From contig OZ024742.1 of NCBI GenBank assembly GCA_964016885.1, forward strand, positions 200,198,001-200,262,000: a DNA stretch of 64,000 nucleotides, in the 5' to 3' direction. This DNA is from Eledone cirrhosa (taxonomy: Eukaryota). The translations under genes and the position numbers were made by a program. Under the pieces are notes generated by a model. The model was not told the DNA's origin, searched no databases, and saw only the letters and a program-made list of their open reading frames with translations. Below are positions 51,411 through 64,000 of the stretch, in pieces; position 1 is the first letter of the stretch; the number at the start of each line of letters is the position of its first letter.

Positions 51411-52365
51411 ACTAGACATGAAAAATGCGCAAGCTCAAAAGTGCCACAGAATGTTATAATAAACCTTCAAAAGTGTGGGACTAGAGTTGTTGCTAAAAAA
51501 TATTGTAATCATTATATATCGTACATTCTGTGGCATCCTTTATAAAAATAGCTTAAACCAACGAAGCCTTTATTTTTACGCTATTTCACTTAGTTAATTC
51601 TTAGAGTGTAACATATAAAAATAAATACATCTATGTTTAATGTAATAACAGCTATAAATAATTACGTAATATTATTATCATATACTCATAGTAACAAAAT
51701 AATTGTGTTGAAACTTAATATGATGCTTATATGAACGATCAAATCTATAATGATAATTTCTTAAATATACTAATAGTAAAATAATTTAGTTATCTATTGT
51801 TACATTTTCATAGAACTATAATATTAACAATCGTATTGCATTATCAAATTTTTATCACTACAAACTTTCATATTGGAATTACCTTAAGCCACTTATTATT
51901 ACTTCGCTTTCGTACTTTTACAGCTGTAGATATTGCGCTGTATCTTATATCTAATATCAATATCTCGTGGTAATTTGCATGAAGTGTAAAATAGGTTTAT
52001 TAATAACTTTAATATGAAATGTATTATACAGGGCTGCGGAGTCGGCCAAAAATTGACTGGCTCCAACTCAGGATCCGATACTCCATTATTTCCTAAATTT
52101 CAGCTCCGCAGCTCTGTTATTATATTAATTAATTTATTTTATAGTTGTAAATCATATTTTTATATGTTACACTCTAAGAATTAACTAAGTGAAATAGCGT
52201 AAAAATAAAGGCTTCGTTGGTTTAAGCTATTTTTATAAAGGATGCCACAGAATGTACGATATATAATGATTACAATATTTTTTAGCAACAACTCTAGTCC
52301 CACACTTTTGAAGGTTTATTATAACATTCTGTGGCACTTTTGAGCTTGCGCATTTTTCATGTCTA

Positions 52366-52367
<2 letters not shown>
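51411..52367. repeat. About 213-bp apparently identical inverted repeat (51411-51623 / 52155-52367) ending at (TA)n
   Basis: Direct comparison of both arms. Confidence 0.85.
52029..52116. mobile_element. 88-bp hAT-type MITE
   Basis: TIRs CAGGGCTGCGGAG / CTCCGCAGCTCTG and 8-bp flanks GTATTATA / TTATTATA. Confidence 0.75.
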
Positions 52368-52411
<44 letters not shown>

Positions 52412-53784
52412 TAAACGGACGGTAGTCCGTTTAGTAATATTGTTGTGGTCGTGTTTTCGTTGGCAATCGTCTGTTTACGACAGTACAGCGCGGCTCTACT
52501 TTATTTAATTGAGATAAAACTTATATGAGCATGAACAGTAGATCATTACGCATCTTTTGGCTTAAAAATCTAGAAATTTGGTCCAGCGGGAAAAAGTATA
52601 TAATCAAAGTTTTCTGATAAATCTTGTGTTCAAGTGAGTGAGTAGTAAGTGTGACGCTAGGGGAGGTAATTACGAGGTAATTACAAGGAGAGGTAATCTA
52701 ATATATTTCAAATTGTATTTTTAACTAAATTCATTTATCATAGTCTAATATTTTAAAAATAGGTGAGTGCTCCACGATGATGACCCATGTCCCCGCCATG
52801 TGCAGGGGATGCTTAGGAGCCATCCAGATATCATGTGACCATTTTTGGTTCGCGGTGTCCACATGATATCTGGATGGCCCTTTATACTAATTAGTCATTT
52901 ATCTGCATAAAAATTATACCAGATCATTCTGATTATTGGCTTGAAATCTTTTACAAAATTAGTATGAGCAACTAAGAGGTCATCAATAGAAATAGAATTA
53001 CTTTTTGAAGTTTTCATGCACAGCATTTTTGGGGATTTTAAATAAAAGTTAATATCATAATTCTTATTTTGTATACCCACATTGCAGATACAGAGAAACA
53101 TGACAATCCTATATAAAGGTCGTAGACAGCAGTATCAGTTTTTATCCGTAACACCATTGAAATGCACAAGTTTCACCAATTCACTATTATGCACTAATCA
53201 TCTCAAATGCATTCATGATTTACTAACTTTGTCATTAAGCCAGTTACCTCAACTAGATTGCAACTTTAAAATGTCAATCACTTGTCAGTAATTCACTATG
53301 ATCTTTTAATTATTAGATAGTTGTTGCTTGCATTGCCTTAAAAAATAGTAGACCAGATAGAAAAATGCGTACAGCAAAAAAAAGTAATATTGTTGGAATA
53401 TAAACCTTTAAAAATACAGGACAAGAAACTAAAATAAAACTTTAAAAGAATAGGACAAGAAACTAAGATAAAACTTTAAAGAATTGGACAAGAAATAAAA
53501 AATTTTACAATAATATTACGCAAACTAAAACTGACTATCCACTACACCAAACTCACCAAAAATTAGCCTAGGCAGCCCCCCCCCCTCTCCAACAAAACGA
53601 CCACCCCGTCCAGGTTTGTAATATGACACTGTTAAAGTATACTGCGAGTGGCAGCTAACCGAAATTTAGTGGTGGGGGCAGAGTATGAGTTTCAATACTA
53701 TCCCTAATCTATTCCTGGACAATGGGGTTGACCATGCCCCCGCTATGAGAATATAAACTTATTTCTATATATTATGGTTTCACA

Positions 53785-53972
53785 AGGCGGTGGATTGGCA
53801 GAATTGGTAGAGGGTCGGACATGCTTTCCAGCATAGTTACGTCCCTTTACGGTCTGAGTTCAAATCCCGCCGAGGTTAACTTTGCCTTTCATCCTTAAGG
53901 GGTCGATAAAATAAAGTACCAGTAATGTACTGGGTAATTGCTGGCCTTGTGCCAAAAGTAGAAACAATTATT
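53785..53972 (+). mobile_element. Nin-domain tRNA SINE
   Basis: Matches the family consensus. TTATxGTTTCACA is repeated at both flanks. Confidence 0.88.
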
Positions 53973-54039
53973 GTTTCACAGTGGAAATTAAAAATTAAAC
54001 GTTTAAAACTTGATTGAAGTGAATAAAATATATATATAT

Positions 54040-54946
<907 letters not shown>

Positions 54947-54989
54947 GTGAGTTGTGTTATTTTGTTGGAGATTAATTTCGTAGAAAATG

Positions 54990-55162
54990 GTGCATTGGCA
55001 TTATTGGTAGAGTGTTGGACAACATATGCTTTGTGACATAGATTTACGGCCCTTTACATTTTGAGTTCAAATCTCACCGCGGTAAGCTTTACCTTTCATC
55101 CTTATCAGTAATGCACTGGGGTCAATTTAATTGGCTTTCCCTTCCCCAAAATTATTGGCCTG
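54990..55162 (+). mobile_element. Nin-domain tRNA SINE (deleted core)
   Basis: Family head and tail present. Confidence 0.75.
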
Positions 55163-55199
55163 GACAGTGTGTAGCATTGTCAACCATGATAAGGCTTCT

Positions 55200-55745
55200 A
55201 CATTTTCGTTCATAATTCAGTTATTATTAGCACTATTTTTATTATTAGCACTATTTTTAACTTCATGCCTTACATTTTGTATATTTTGATTTCAAGATCG
55301 CTGTATTTTGACAATCTTCTCGGGCAATATTTTGGTTAGAAGATATTGCGATGTCTATCAGTGGACATGTCTTTCTTTCTTCTAGTCTTTAGTTACTATA
55401 TCTGGAAGGTTTGCTTTAATCTCTTTGTCAATATGACGAGCATATCCTAGATGATTGTATGATGTTGTTATATACTGTATTTAGTATATCTGTATTTATA
55501 CCTCTTCTTGTCTCTTTTCACACTAAAGTGTTGTTATATTACCCAGTGGATATGGCTGCCATCAGGATCATGTATATTTGTATATTTGTATATTTAGAAT
55601 TAGCAAGGACTGGGCAGTTGGAATCGATGTGCTCAACCATCTCATCGTGTTGGTTGCACAGTTTGCATTTGGTGTTAGGGTCTGTTTTGGGTTATTTTGC
55701 TCTTATAATTGTTTGTGGCCAGACATTAGTCTTGTGCGGCGGGAA
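55200..55745 (-). mobile_element. R4/Dong-type CCHC plus RLE fragment
   Basis: Minus strand DPNTKCKLCNQHDEMVEHIDSNCPVLA..RHDPDGSHIHW..DKEIKANLPDIV. Confidence 0.75.
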
Positions 55746-55748
55746 TTG

Positions 55749-56070
55749 GTTCTTCTTCTTCTTCTTCTTCTTCTTCTTCTTCTTCTTCTTCTTCTTCTTC
55801 TTCTTCTTCTTCTTCTTCTTCTTCTTCTTCTTCTCCCACTTATTTCTGAGAGGGCTGTGAGGGCAGAGTCCTCAAACACTCCTTTCCAACTGATCCAGCT
55901 AGATCCCCAAGCAAGACCAACCAAGCTCATGGATGTTATCCAACCATCTTGTTCGGAGTCTACCCCTGGGTCGCCTGCCGGTTGGTTTTTCCCGTAAAAT
56001 CTGTCCAGCGATTCTTTCCTGAGACATTCTAACCACATGCCCGTAGTATCAGAGCTGTGATCTCTCAATT
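55749..56070 (-). mobile_element. LINE/SINE 3' end with (GAA)n tail, probably RTE-related
   Basis: A pure (TTC)n tract at 55749-55833 abuts a short unique segment. The family assignment is inferred. Confidence 0.45.
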
Positions 56071-56237
56071 CTTCGTTATCGTCATCGTCGTTGTTATATT
56101 TTGCTCTAAGCCATTTTATTCTGTATCATCCCCTTCTCCCTTCCTTTTCTTTCCTTTGCTTTCTTTTCCTTTCCTCTCCTCTCTTTTCTTTTTCAGATCC
56201 AGACTATTGAATTTATGCATCTTCACCAAATAAAGAC

Positions 56238-57035
56238 ATGAATTCTTCTTGCCTACAATCAAATATCAAAAATGTTTCGGATGTTAGTATTTTGTCTGCC
56301 ATTCCGGAAATGCCTAACTGCAGCGAGGGGAAGAAATACAGACAGAAATACGACGATGTCAATAACTATTTCGGTGACAAATGGAACACCAAGCTGCAGA
56401 GAGAAACATCAGACGGTCTTATTCCCTGTAGCTACCCCATTAGCAAATGCTGCACAGTTACTGATACTTCATCTTCAGTCTTTTCCGACGAAGTTCCATT
56501 TGCCATTAAAAATTCAAATATTTCGTTAAGAGCCGACGAAGAACGAGTTTTAGGATTCCTTCAGAATATTTCAGCAGATCGTTGCCATGAATCATCTGAT
56601 GAGGAGTTTCCTGTATTAAATAGTAGTGATGTCGTCAAGAAGAAGTTACCATTAGCGACTGGTATGATGACAGAGCTAAATGCAAGAAGGTCTGCTGCTA
56701 CTGCTGCTGTTAATACTACTACTGCTGCTGGTATTCCTTCAAATATACAGAAGCGTATGAAAAAGACGAAAGTTAAACAGTCTGTTGCAGGTAATATCAA
56801 CTCTAGCGCTATCAAGCAAATAAACAAGAACAATTCTCAAATCACTTCATCATTAGACGATATAATGGCCTCAGATGAGGACGAATGTTGTCATGATTGG
56901 GTGTCTGGCAGCGACACAAATGAGGAATGTTTTTATGTCACGCCGCAGAAAAATACCATATCCAAATCGAAGGAAGCTGGTGTTTCAGATTTTGAAACAG
57001 ATTCGGTCAGCCTGAGACGACAAATTGAACATATT
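56238..57035 (+). CDS. Probable first coding exon (266 codons) of an unrecognised Ser/Asp/Lys-rich protein
   Basis: Longest non-repeat ORF. Strong polypyrimidine tract and CAG acceptor at 56196, an in-frame TGA (56208) before the ATG, and donor ATT|GTAAGT at 57036 (phase 0). Confidence 0.7.
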
Positions 57036-57070
57036 GTAAGTAAATTTTGTGTTTCTTTTTATGTGTTTAA

Positions 57071-57277
57071 CCCTTTAGCATTTACATTACTCTATATATA
57101 CTATTATATTTTCATGGTAAAGGCTTTACCTCACATAATATCAAATCTATGAGATTTTGAAAGTATTTATTTTGAGAACAATACCTTAGCATTAGTTTGA
57201 GCGACCGGTTACAGCCAGTTTCAACAGAAAGAGGTGGAGAATGCTGGCCGGTTTTGGCCAGTTTGAACATTAAAGGG
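57071..57277. mobile_element. piggyBac-type MITE
   Basis: TTAA-CCCTTTAGCATTTA ... TGAACATTAAAGGG-TTAA. Confidence 0.8.
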
Positions 57278-57281
57278 TTAA

Positions 57282-57791
57282 AATACGGCGTATAAGCTGT
57301 CTTTTCAAGCCCGCAAAAGTTTCACCAAAACTAATGGTTGACTTATAAGTCAACCATTAGTTTTGGAGAAACTTTTGCGGGCTTGAAAAGTCGGCTTATA
57401 CGGTAGAATGTTATGCGAATCTTTACGACCATGTCACAGTGAGATATATGTAGATGGTGGTACCTCTGTCCGTTTCTCTACATCACTGATGCAAATGGCG
57501 GAACAGGAGCGGTAAATACAGTTTCGTTGGGTACTTTGTAGACCATGTTTTACTATATAGTACATGGTATGTATATTATAGTCGTTGGTTAAAACAATGC
57601 GGTATTCTTAGGTATTTTGTAGGATACGGCCGTTTTATTATAAAATGCAGTGCGTATATTATAGAAATCAGTTACAATATGTCTATGATAGTGGCCTATA
57701 CGGTAAGTATAGCCTTAACATAGAAGTTTGGGCTAAGAATTTTACATCAATTTGTATACCAAATCGATTTATACGTCGCAATTGACGGTAG
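57282..57791. mobile_element. Tc2/pogo-like non-autonomous element with an internal 114-bp palindrome
   Basis: Ends resemble CGGCGTATAAG / TTTATACGTCG..GACGGTA. The palindrome 57289-57402 is centred on CTTA|TAAG. Confidence 0.5.
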
Positions 57792-58516
57792 TTTTTTAAC
57801 TAAAATAATGGCGTCTTTGAACCCATATATATGTTTATATGAAATAACACACACTGTGAGTATTTTAAGCTGTAATCATATCACAACTACATCTGAATCG
57901 GTGTTTGAGCGCTTGACGCAAGCATTTCACTGAAGTTACAGTTCATCAGTGCTCGTTTACTTACGCCCAGAAGTATGAAAAACAATATCATCATATAGAT
58001 TTTGTAATCAAACTATTCTTGGTGAATACAGCTTTATTCTGAATCACATTGTGTCCGTACTATCAATAATTAATACTAGCCAGGGTCTCATTACAGGTTG
58101 AAAATAGGGCTTACATTTTCGCACCGAGGTTAGGCCCATTCAGACTCGGCGCTACCTTTAGACCAACTCGACAGCCGTCTAGGGCGCACATCCTAGTGGC
58201 GCATTACTGAACCTTAAGAAGATTGACATTTTATACAAATTAAAATAAAATAAAAGTTTCCTGCGATCAGTAAATAAATCCACAAACCTCTTCGCCGTGG
58301 AAATATCCAAGAATATGGAAAAGGTCATATAGTGTTATGTCGTTTTACATGATTTGGTGTGGATGAGTGTACACTGTGTAACCGATATTGCAAGTTTAGT
58401 AAATTTCTCAGAGCAGGAAGGGGCAAAACTAGATTTGTCAGCTGCGCAAACTGATAATATTATATGAAGAAAAAAAATTGTTGTCACTGATCGAGACGAA
58501 GCGAGTGTATTTGAAT

Positions 58517-58762
58517 TCATATTAAAATGAGAAAACTCATCGCTAGAACCGCCGTTAAAATAGCCAAGTACTGTCAAAGACAGCGATGGACAAAAGTGCC
58601 CCGTGTTTCGTCTGCCTGTCGCCCACCTCATGGATTGTCTCTGTGTCGACCACTGGCCCCTGGTCTCTGTCCTCTGTGGCAATTTTGACCACCACTGTCT
58701 TTGATAGCATTTGGCTGTTTTAACGGCTGTTCTAGCAATGAGTGTTCTCATTTTTTTATATG
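58517..58762. mobile_element. MITE with about 80-bp imperfect TIRs
   Basis: AAAATGAGAAAACTCATCGCTAGAACCGCCGTTAAAATAGCCAA.. is mirrored by ..TTGGCTGTTTTAACGGCTGTTCTAGCAATGAGTGTTCTCATTTT. Confidence 0.75.
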
Positions 58763-59177
58763 ATATTATTATATTTTGGGAGTATGGGTCACACATTAAA
58801 GAGCTATCCAAGGACGCTAAATACCAATGTTCCGGTCCTGAGACCATTACCAGTTTCAAGTGGAGTCCATATTTTCACATCTTACCTGGGCATATTCCCA
58901 ACTTGGGATGACACACATCGAGATATATTCTGTAAATACTCAAACGTCCTTACTTCCACCGGGACATATAAACTCTTCCGCTACAACCGCTTGCGTCTAA
59001 AGAGAGAAATGAATAGAAACTATCGTCATTTCAACTTCCGGTGAATTATAATCTTCCCTATGACGTCATTAAATGGACAACAATGACAAAACAACAACAA
59101 TAACCACGAGTGTGAGCGCGTGTATGTGTGCATATGTGTTTGTGTAAGTAGGGATATGTGTATATGAAAATGTGTGA

Positions 59178-59244
<67 letters not shown>

Positions 59245-59732
59245 TAGATAGATAGATAGATACATATATATATACACATATATACACATATATACGTATA
59301 TACATATATAAATACATATATATATATGTGTTTATATATGTGAGTATGTGTGTGTATGTGTTTGTATGTGTTTGTATGTGTTTGTGCGTGTTTGTGTGCT
59401 AAGTCATCCTTTACATTTACACATGTAGAAATCAAAAATTCCGTCCTTGGCGGTTCAAATTCATTACTTATTGCATTACTTTGAAAGAGTTAATGCTATA
59501 CATATATATTCCTTTGCGCTAAACTTTCGTATATATATATGTGTATATTTATATATATATATATTCTTGTACATACATACAACATGCAAAAATAGTATTT
59601 ACATGGAATAGAGTCGTTAATGTTGTTTTTAGAAAGCCCACCCCACTGTCATGTCAAAATGCGATAACGATGTCGATGATGAAATCAATGATTACAGCTA
59701 CGATTATTAGTTATACATATATACTATTATAG

Positions 59733-60108
59733 ACAAATGTATAGTATTAGTAGTAGCAATAGTAGTAGTAGCAGTAGTAGCTGCAATCTTATTGCTGCTG
59801 GTAGTGGTCGTGGTACGAGAGAACGAAAATATAACACCACAACCACTACAACGCTGCGTGTGGAGGATGCTGGGGTTAACAAACGCCGACAGTGGTACGT
59901 CGATTCCCCCGCCAGATACGGCCATGATGAAAAGGGTCCCCTTCCTTCTTCCCCCTCACAGGAGACCAGCATGACGATCGACGCCATCAGACAAGGAGAA
60001 GGGGTTTTAATGGAACGCTGCGCCGAACTACGTGAACAATTGATTAAAGAACGCGCCATTAGCTGTAAGTTGGTTACCAAGAAGACCATTGCCGAACAAC
60101 GTGCTAAA
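59733..60108 (+). CDS. Probable downstream coding exon (poly-Ser, then coiled-coil-like LMERCAELREQLIKER..EQRAK)
   Basis: Open frame with protein-like composition and donor AAA|GTAAGT at 60109 (phase 0). The acceptor is uncertain (AG at 59732 or 59632). Confidence 0.55.
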
Positions 60109-60139
60109 GTAAGTTTGCCTTATTCTTTGAATCGTTTAT

Positions 60140-61245
60140 TCTTTACGAGATTAATAAGGGGGTAAGTTGGGGACGCTGACTGAGCTTTTAACCACATGGA
60201 TGGCACGAGCCTGACTTTTTAGTCCTTCCAAAGACCTACATTGCTTTCTGCATATGCTGCAGCGATGAACATTACTTCTACTTTGGTTCCCTGTTGTTTT
60301 TTTTTTTTGTGAGCTTTCAAAGGACGTTGTGGTCCACCAACCGAGAGACATTGTTCTTCACACTCTTGACAGAAAGAAATGCAAAAGAGACCATATTCGA
60401 CATTTTGTACATAGCTTTTCCTATATCATTTAAAACCAGCTTCACTGAGGCCACCCGACCACATTCATTGCACACAAAGTTATTTTGAGCTTCCAAAAAT
60501 CCTGATATTATTTTGAGCCCTCTTCAATTTTTCATGTTTCACACGAGATTCTTCAAATTCCTGTTTTCCATTAAATACTGCTTCCTCCAAGATGCTCCTT
60601 TATTTTTACTTTATCAGAGTTATTTTGATGCAGTCTTTATACGCGAGCTTTGGTTTATGTCTTAGGTGTTTGGTCGTATGATATCTGATAAAACTCCAGG
60701 TGTGCAGTCACCAAAAGCCATAAGAAAAACCGTAGAGAAATACGATGCAAACAAAATAGGTGCTAGTACGCGCCCGTGTTTTATCCCATTTAGGACCTGT
60801 TAATCTGATATCTGTCCACCTGTATTGACACAATCTTACATATCATCATGAAAACCTATTCGGACTGATACAAACTTGTCAGGACAACCGAGTTTAGTCA
60901 GTATATTCCATAAGATACCACTATTCACCGTATCAAAAGCCTTTGTCAAGTCAACAATGACATACAAATCCATTCCTTACTCAATGCACTTCTCATGTAG
61001 TTGCTCCACAGAAACGATCGTGTCTGTTTTCCCTCTGCCACTTCTAAAGTCACTGCGACTCGGAAAGAACGTCGCCACTAATGTTATCAAACAATCTATC
61101 CGGCCTGATCCTACATAAGACGTTTTCCACAACTAACAGGAGAGCTATGCCACGATAATTACCACAATCATCCTTTGCATCTTTTTCTTCATAAAGCAGC
61201 ACCATAAATGCATCTTTCCAGTCTTAAGGATCGCTTTCTTCCTCC
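60140..61245 (-). mobile_element. RTE-clade LINE remnant (RT plus C-terminal C2H2 finger), internally deleted
   Basis: Minus strand NYRGIALL, IVDLTKAFDTVN..LWNILTKLGCPDKFV, VLAPILF and HRCSICRKQCRSLEGLKSQARAIH motifs. Confidence 0.8.
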
Positions 61246-61250
61246 TAAAC

Positions 61251-61557
61251 CAGGGGTGTGCAACATATTCCATTGGAGAGCCACTTTTGAACATCTGAAC
61301 AACTATTAGGGCCAGTCACTGTCAAAAATATGTAATCTAATGAAAACTACAACTTCTTTCCATAACATGGAACTGGGAAATTATAACACACATAACCCTA
61401 TCAGTGAAGCCCTTTACTAATGGAAAATTGTATTACAGTTACGAAAAAAATTCTAAATAAGCCTACAAGGTATACATTAAAAACGGTCATCGTGGGCCAC
61501 TCTGACAGGTCTGGCGGGCCGGATTGTGGCCCGCGGGCCGCCTGTTGCACGCCCCTG
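61251..61557. mobile_element. hAT (Charlie-like) MITE
   Basis: TIRs CAGGGGTGTGCAAC / GTTGCACGCCCCTG and a perfect 8-bp TSD TCCTAAAC (61243-61250, 61558-61565). Confidence 0.92.
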
Positions 61558-61641
61558 TCCTAAACCTTATACACAAACGTTGATACAATACATAACATTA
61601 CACACGTTGATACAATACACATCATTACAAACGTTGATATA

Positions 61642-61962
61642 ATTGAAGACGCCACTCGGTCACGAATGACCAAGGTTTTGAACCTAGAAAGTTTCCCTCC
61701 GAGGCACAAGTCCGGGCAAGGTTGTTTTGAGGAAGACCAGCCTGCCATCTCCACGCCACCGATGTTGTCCTAGGGAAAGGCAATGACCGATACAGCTTGG
61801 CACCTGTGACGTCGCAACTCATTTCTACAGCTGAGTAAACTGAAGCAACGTAAATGGAAATGTCCTGCTGAAGGACACAACGTATCACCCGGTCCGAGAA
61901 TCGAACTCACAACCCCTCAATTGCAAGTCCAATGCTCTAACCACAAAGCCATGCACCTTCAC
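61642..61962 (-). mobile_element. tRNA-derived SINE inserted in a short 27-bp minisatellite
   Basis: Minus strand A box TGGCTTTGTGGTTAG and B box GAGTTCGATTCTC. ACAAACGTTGATACAATACACATCATT-like units lie on both sides. Confidence 0.75.
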
Positions 61963-62004
61963 AATAATACACAACACCATTACAAACGTTGATACAATGC
62001 ACAT

Positions 62005-62260
62005 CATCCCTACTTACAACCATAGGCGTTGAGCTGGCTAGCCTCAGGTGTGAGCTTCGCGAGATGGAATGGCTCTTCTAGCGCCTCTCCCTTATCATCC
62101 TCCGAGGAAACGACTTCTCTATTCAGTCCGCCGGGGCCGTGGGGCGGCCAACACGTGGGACCTCATTTGCTCATAATACAGAGAGATGAGGAGGGCGAGA
62201 GAGATGGAGGCGATGATAGCGGGAGTTCTGCTCTTCCGTCTTCGGACTTGGTGTGCACCG
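62005..62260 (+). mobile_element. CRE-like non-LTR element 3' fragment
   Basis: Inverted homologue of 46150-46390. Confidence 0.7.
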
Positions 62261-62808
62261 TCAGTTGTCCGTAGGGAGGTAGTGGTTTGTAGTTAGCGAA
62301 GGTTTTTAGAACCTTGTGTTTGCGTTTCCCGTATGTATTATCATATGTTTGGGTTCAACGTAAACCTATTACATAATTCATCACAAAAGATTCTCTTTCC
62401 TTTTCTCTCTCTTTCTCAATTACAAATGTTTATAAAATACACAATATCATTACAAATGTAATCTTGCAAGCGAAACTGTTTTCCTTTATTTTATCTTATC
62501 TTTTCTTTCTCTCTTTCCTCCCTTCTCCTACTCCATCCCTCACCCTATCTCTCTCTCTCTCCCTCCCTCTCTCTCTCTCTCTCTCTCTCCTGTTTTTCAG
62601 ATAGCAGAAAGGATGCTGGAAAACCAACATGAATGGAAGGACCGAACCATAGAAGATGTGGAGGTTGCCAGAAAGAACATCAGACAAATTTCCGATCTTT
62701 ATTCTGAAGTGATAGCAGAAATGAAGAACGAAAAGAAACTGAACGCCACTCTACAGGTATATACATGATACAATACCTTTTATAGGGTGGGCTTGTATGT
62801 GTGTATAT

Positions 62809-62843
<35 letters not shown>

Positions 62844-62869
62844 TGAGAAGTAGCTTTGATTTTCGGCAA

Positions 62870-63690
62870 GTCACTTTATTTTATCGATCCCGTAAGGATG
62901 AAAAGCAAAGCTAACCTCGATGGAATTTGAACTCAGAATGTAAAGGGCCATAACTCTGTGCCGCTAAGCATGTTGTCCGACGCTCTACTGATTTTGCCAA
63001 TCCCCCGCTCTATTAATAATTGTTTCTACTTTTGGCACAAGGCCAGCAATTACCTAGTACATTACTGGTACTTTATGTTATCGACCCCGTAAGGATGAAA
63101 GGCAAAGTTAACCTCGACGGGATTTGAACTCAGAATAGCAAGGGCCGTAACTCTATGCTTCAAAGCATGGTGTTCGACGCTCTACCGATACTGCCAAGCC
63201 ACCCCGCACTATTAATAATAATTGTTTCTAACTTTGGCACAAGGCCAGCAATTATCCCAGTGTATTACTGGTACTTTATTTTATCGACCCCGTAAATATA
63301 AATGGCAAAGCTAACCTAGGCGGGATTTGAATTCAGAACGTAAAGGACCGTAACTCTATGTCACAAAACATGTTATCCGACGCTCTACCGATTCTGCTAA
63401 TCCACCGTTAATAGGGTCGAATGCCATACTTTGCAACATAAAGTTACAGCCCTTTATGATCTGAGTTCAAATGCCGCCGAGGTTAACTTTGCCGTTCATC
63501 CTTACGGGGTCGATAACATAAAGTACCAGTAATGTACTGGATCGATTTAATCGACTTCCCCTCCCCCAATATTGCTGGGCTTGTGCCTATATATAAGAAA
63601 CCAATATTAAAAATGATTTCTGGTTTAGAGGGAGGGGAAAGTCAATTAAATCGACCCCAGTGCGTGACTGGTACTTTATTGACTCCGTAA
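62870..63690. mobile_element. Cluster of five Nin-domain SINE copies (three tandem minus, one plus, one partial minus)
   Basis: 62870-63008, 63015-63206 and 63218-63407 minus; 63410-63605 plus; 63615-63690 minus. Confidence 0.85.
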
Positions 63691-63756
63691 GCATCTGTTT
63701 AACTCATTATTATTTAGTGTCTATACACACACCCACTCACACATATAGACAAAACA

Positions 63757-64000
63757 TCATCATCATCATCATCGTTTAACGCCCATCTTCCACGCTAGCA
63801 TGGGTTAGTCGGTTTTGTTCCATTTGATGCGGGAATGGTCAGGAGACCGTGTCTCGCTCGTAAAGCACTGTCTCTGGCAGGTTTTCTACGGCTGGATGTC
63901 CTACCTAACACCAACCACATTTACGGTGTGGACTGGGAGCCTTTTTACTGTGTCTCCTACACGACCACCTTACAGTGTGGACTGTTGTGTCATCAACACA
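63757..64000 (-). mobile_element. RTE-related SINE 3' end with (GAT)n tail
   Basis: Same family as 47300-47475. Confidence 0.7.

Noticed and set aside
55578-56068. Poly-Arg protamine-like and poly-Leu/Phe ORFs
   Set aside because: They are translations of the (TTC)n tail.
57454-57511. AG..GT-bounded candidate for the missing exon
   Set aside because: Phase 0 hits TGA after 11 codons, the polypyrimidine tract is poor, and it lies inside a transposon remnant.
58335-58859. 174-aa minus ORF with a superficial integrase zinc-finger look
   Set aside because: It runs through both TIRs of the MITE at 58517-58762 and has no DDE motif.
61565-62010. Repeated 27-bp units resembling a CRISPR array
   Set aside because: The units are contiguous with no unique spacers, the context is eukaryotic and there are no cas genes; this is a minisatellite split by a SINE.

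Overview
This is repeat-saturated, AT-rich eukaryotic DNA, most likely from an octopus or related cephalopod. That assignment is inferred from the SINE families and the density of (TA)n, (CA)n and (TATG)n arrays. Almost all ORFs in the supplied track are microsatellite translations. Real content: decayed Penelope-like elements (Neptune- and Poseidon-type RT and GIY-YIG fragments, several with inverted pseudo-LTRs), R4/Dong-, CRE- and RTE-type non-LTR fragments, about 18 copies of a Nin-domain tRNA SINE, hAT, piggyBac and mariner remnants, a probable 28S rRNA fragment, and two probable coding exons of an unrecognised + strand gene (56238-57035 and about 59733-60108). The strongest signal is about a dozen type I hammerhead ribozyme motifs in short elements inserted into microsatellites. 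In several unrelated families the 5' truncation or fold-back point falls within or beside the ribozyme core, producing long palindromes, one of them a perfect 116 bp. Also notable: a back-to-back pair of tRNA-like Pol III units in a TA-bounded palindrome, a seamless in-frame chimera of two Penelope families, and a strong minus-strand bias of retroelement fragments across 7.5-34 kb. All calls were made by eye, with no database search or folding software.
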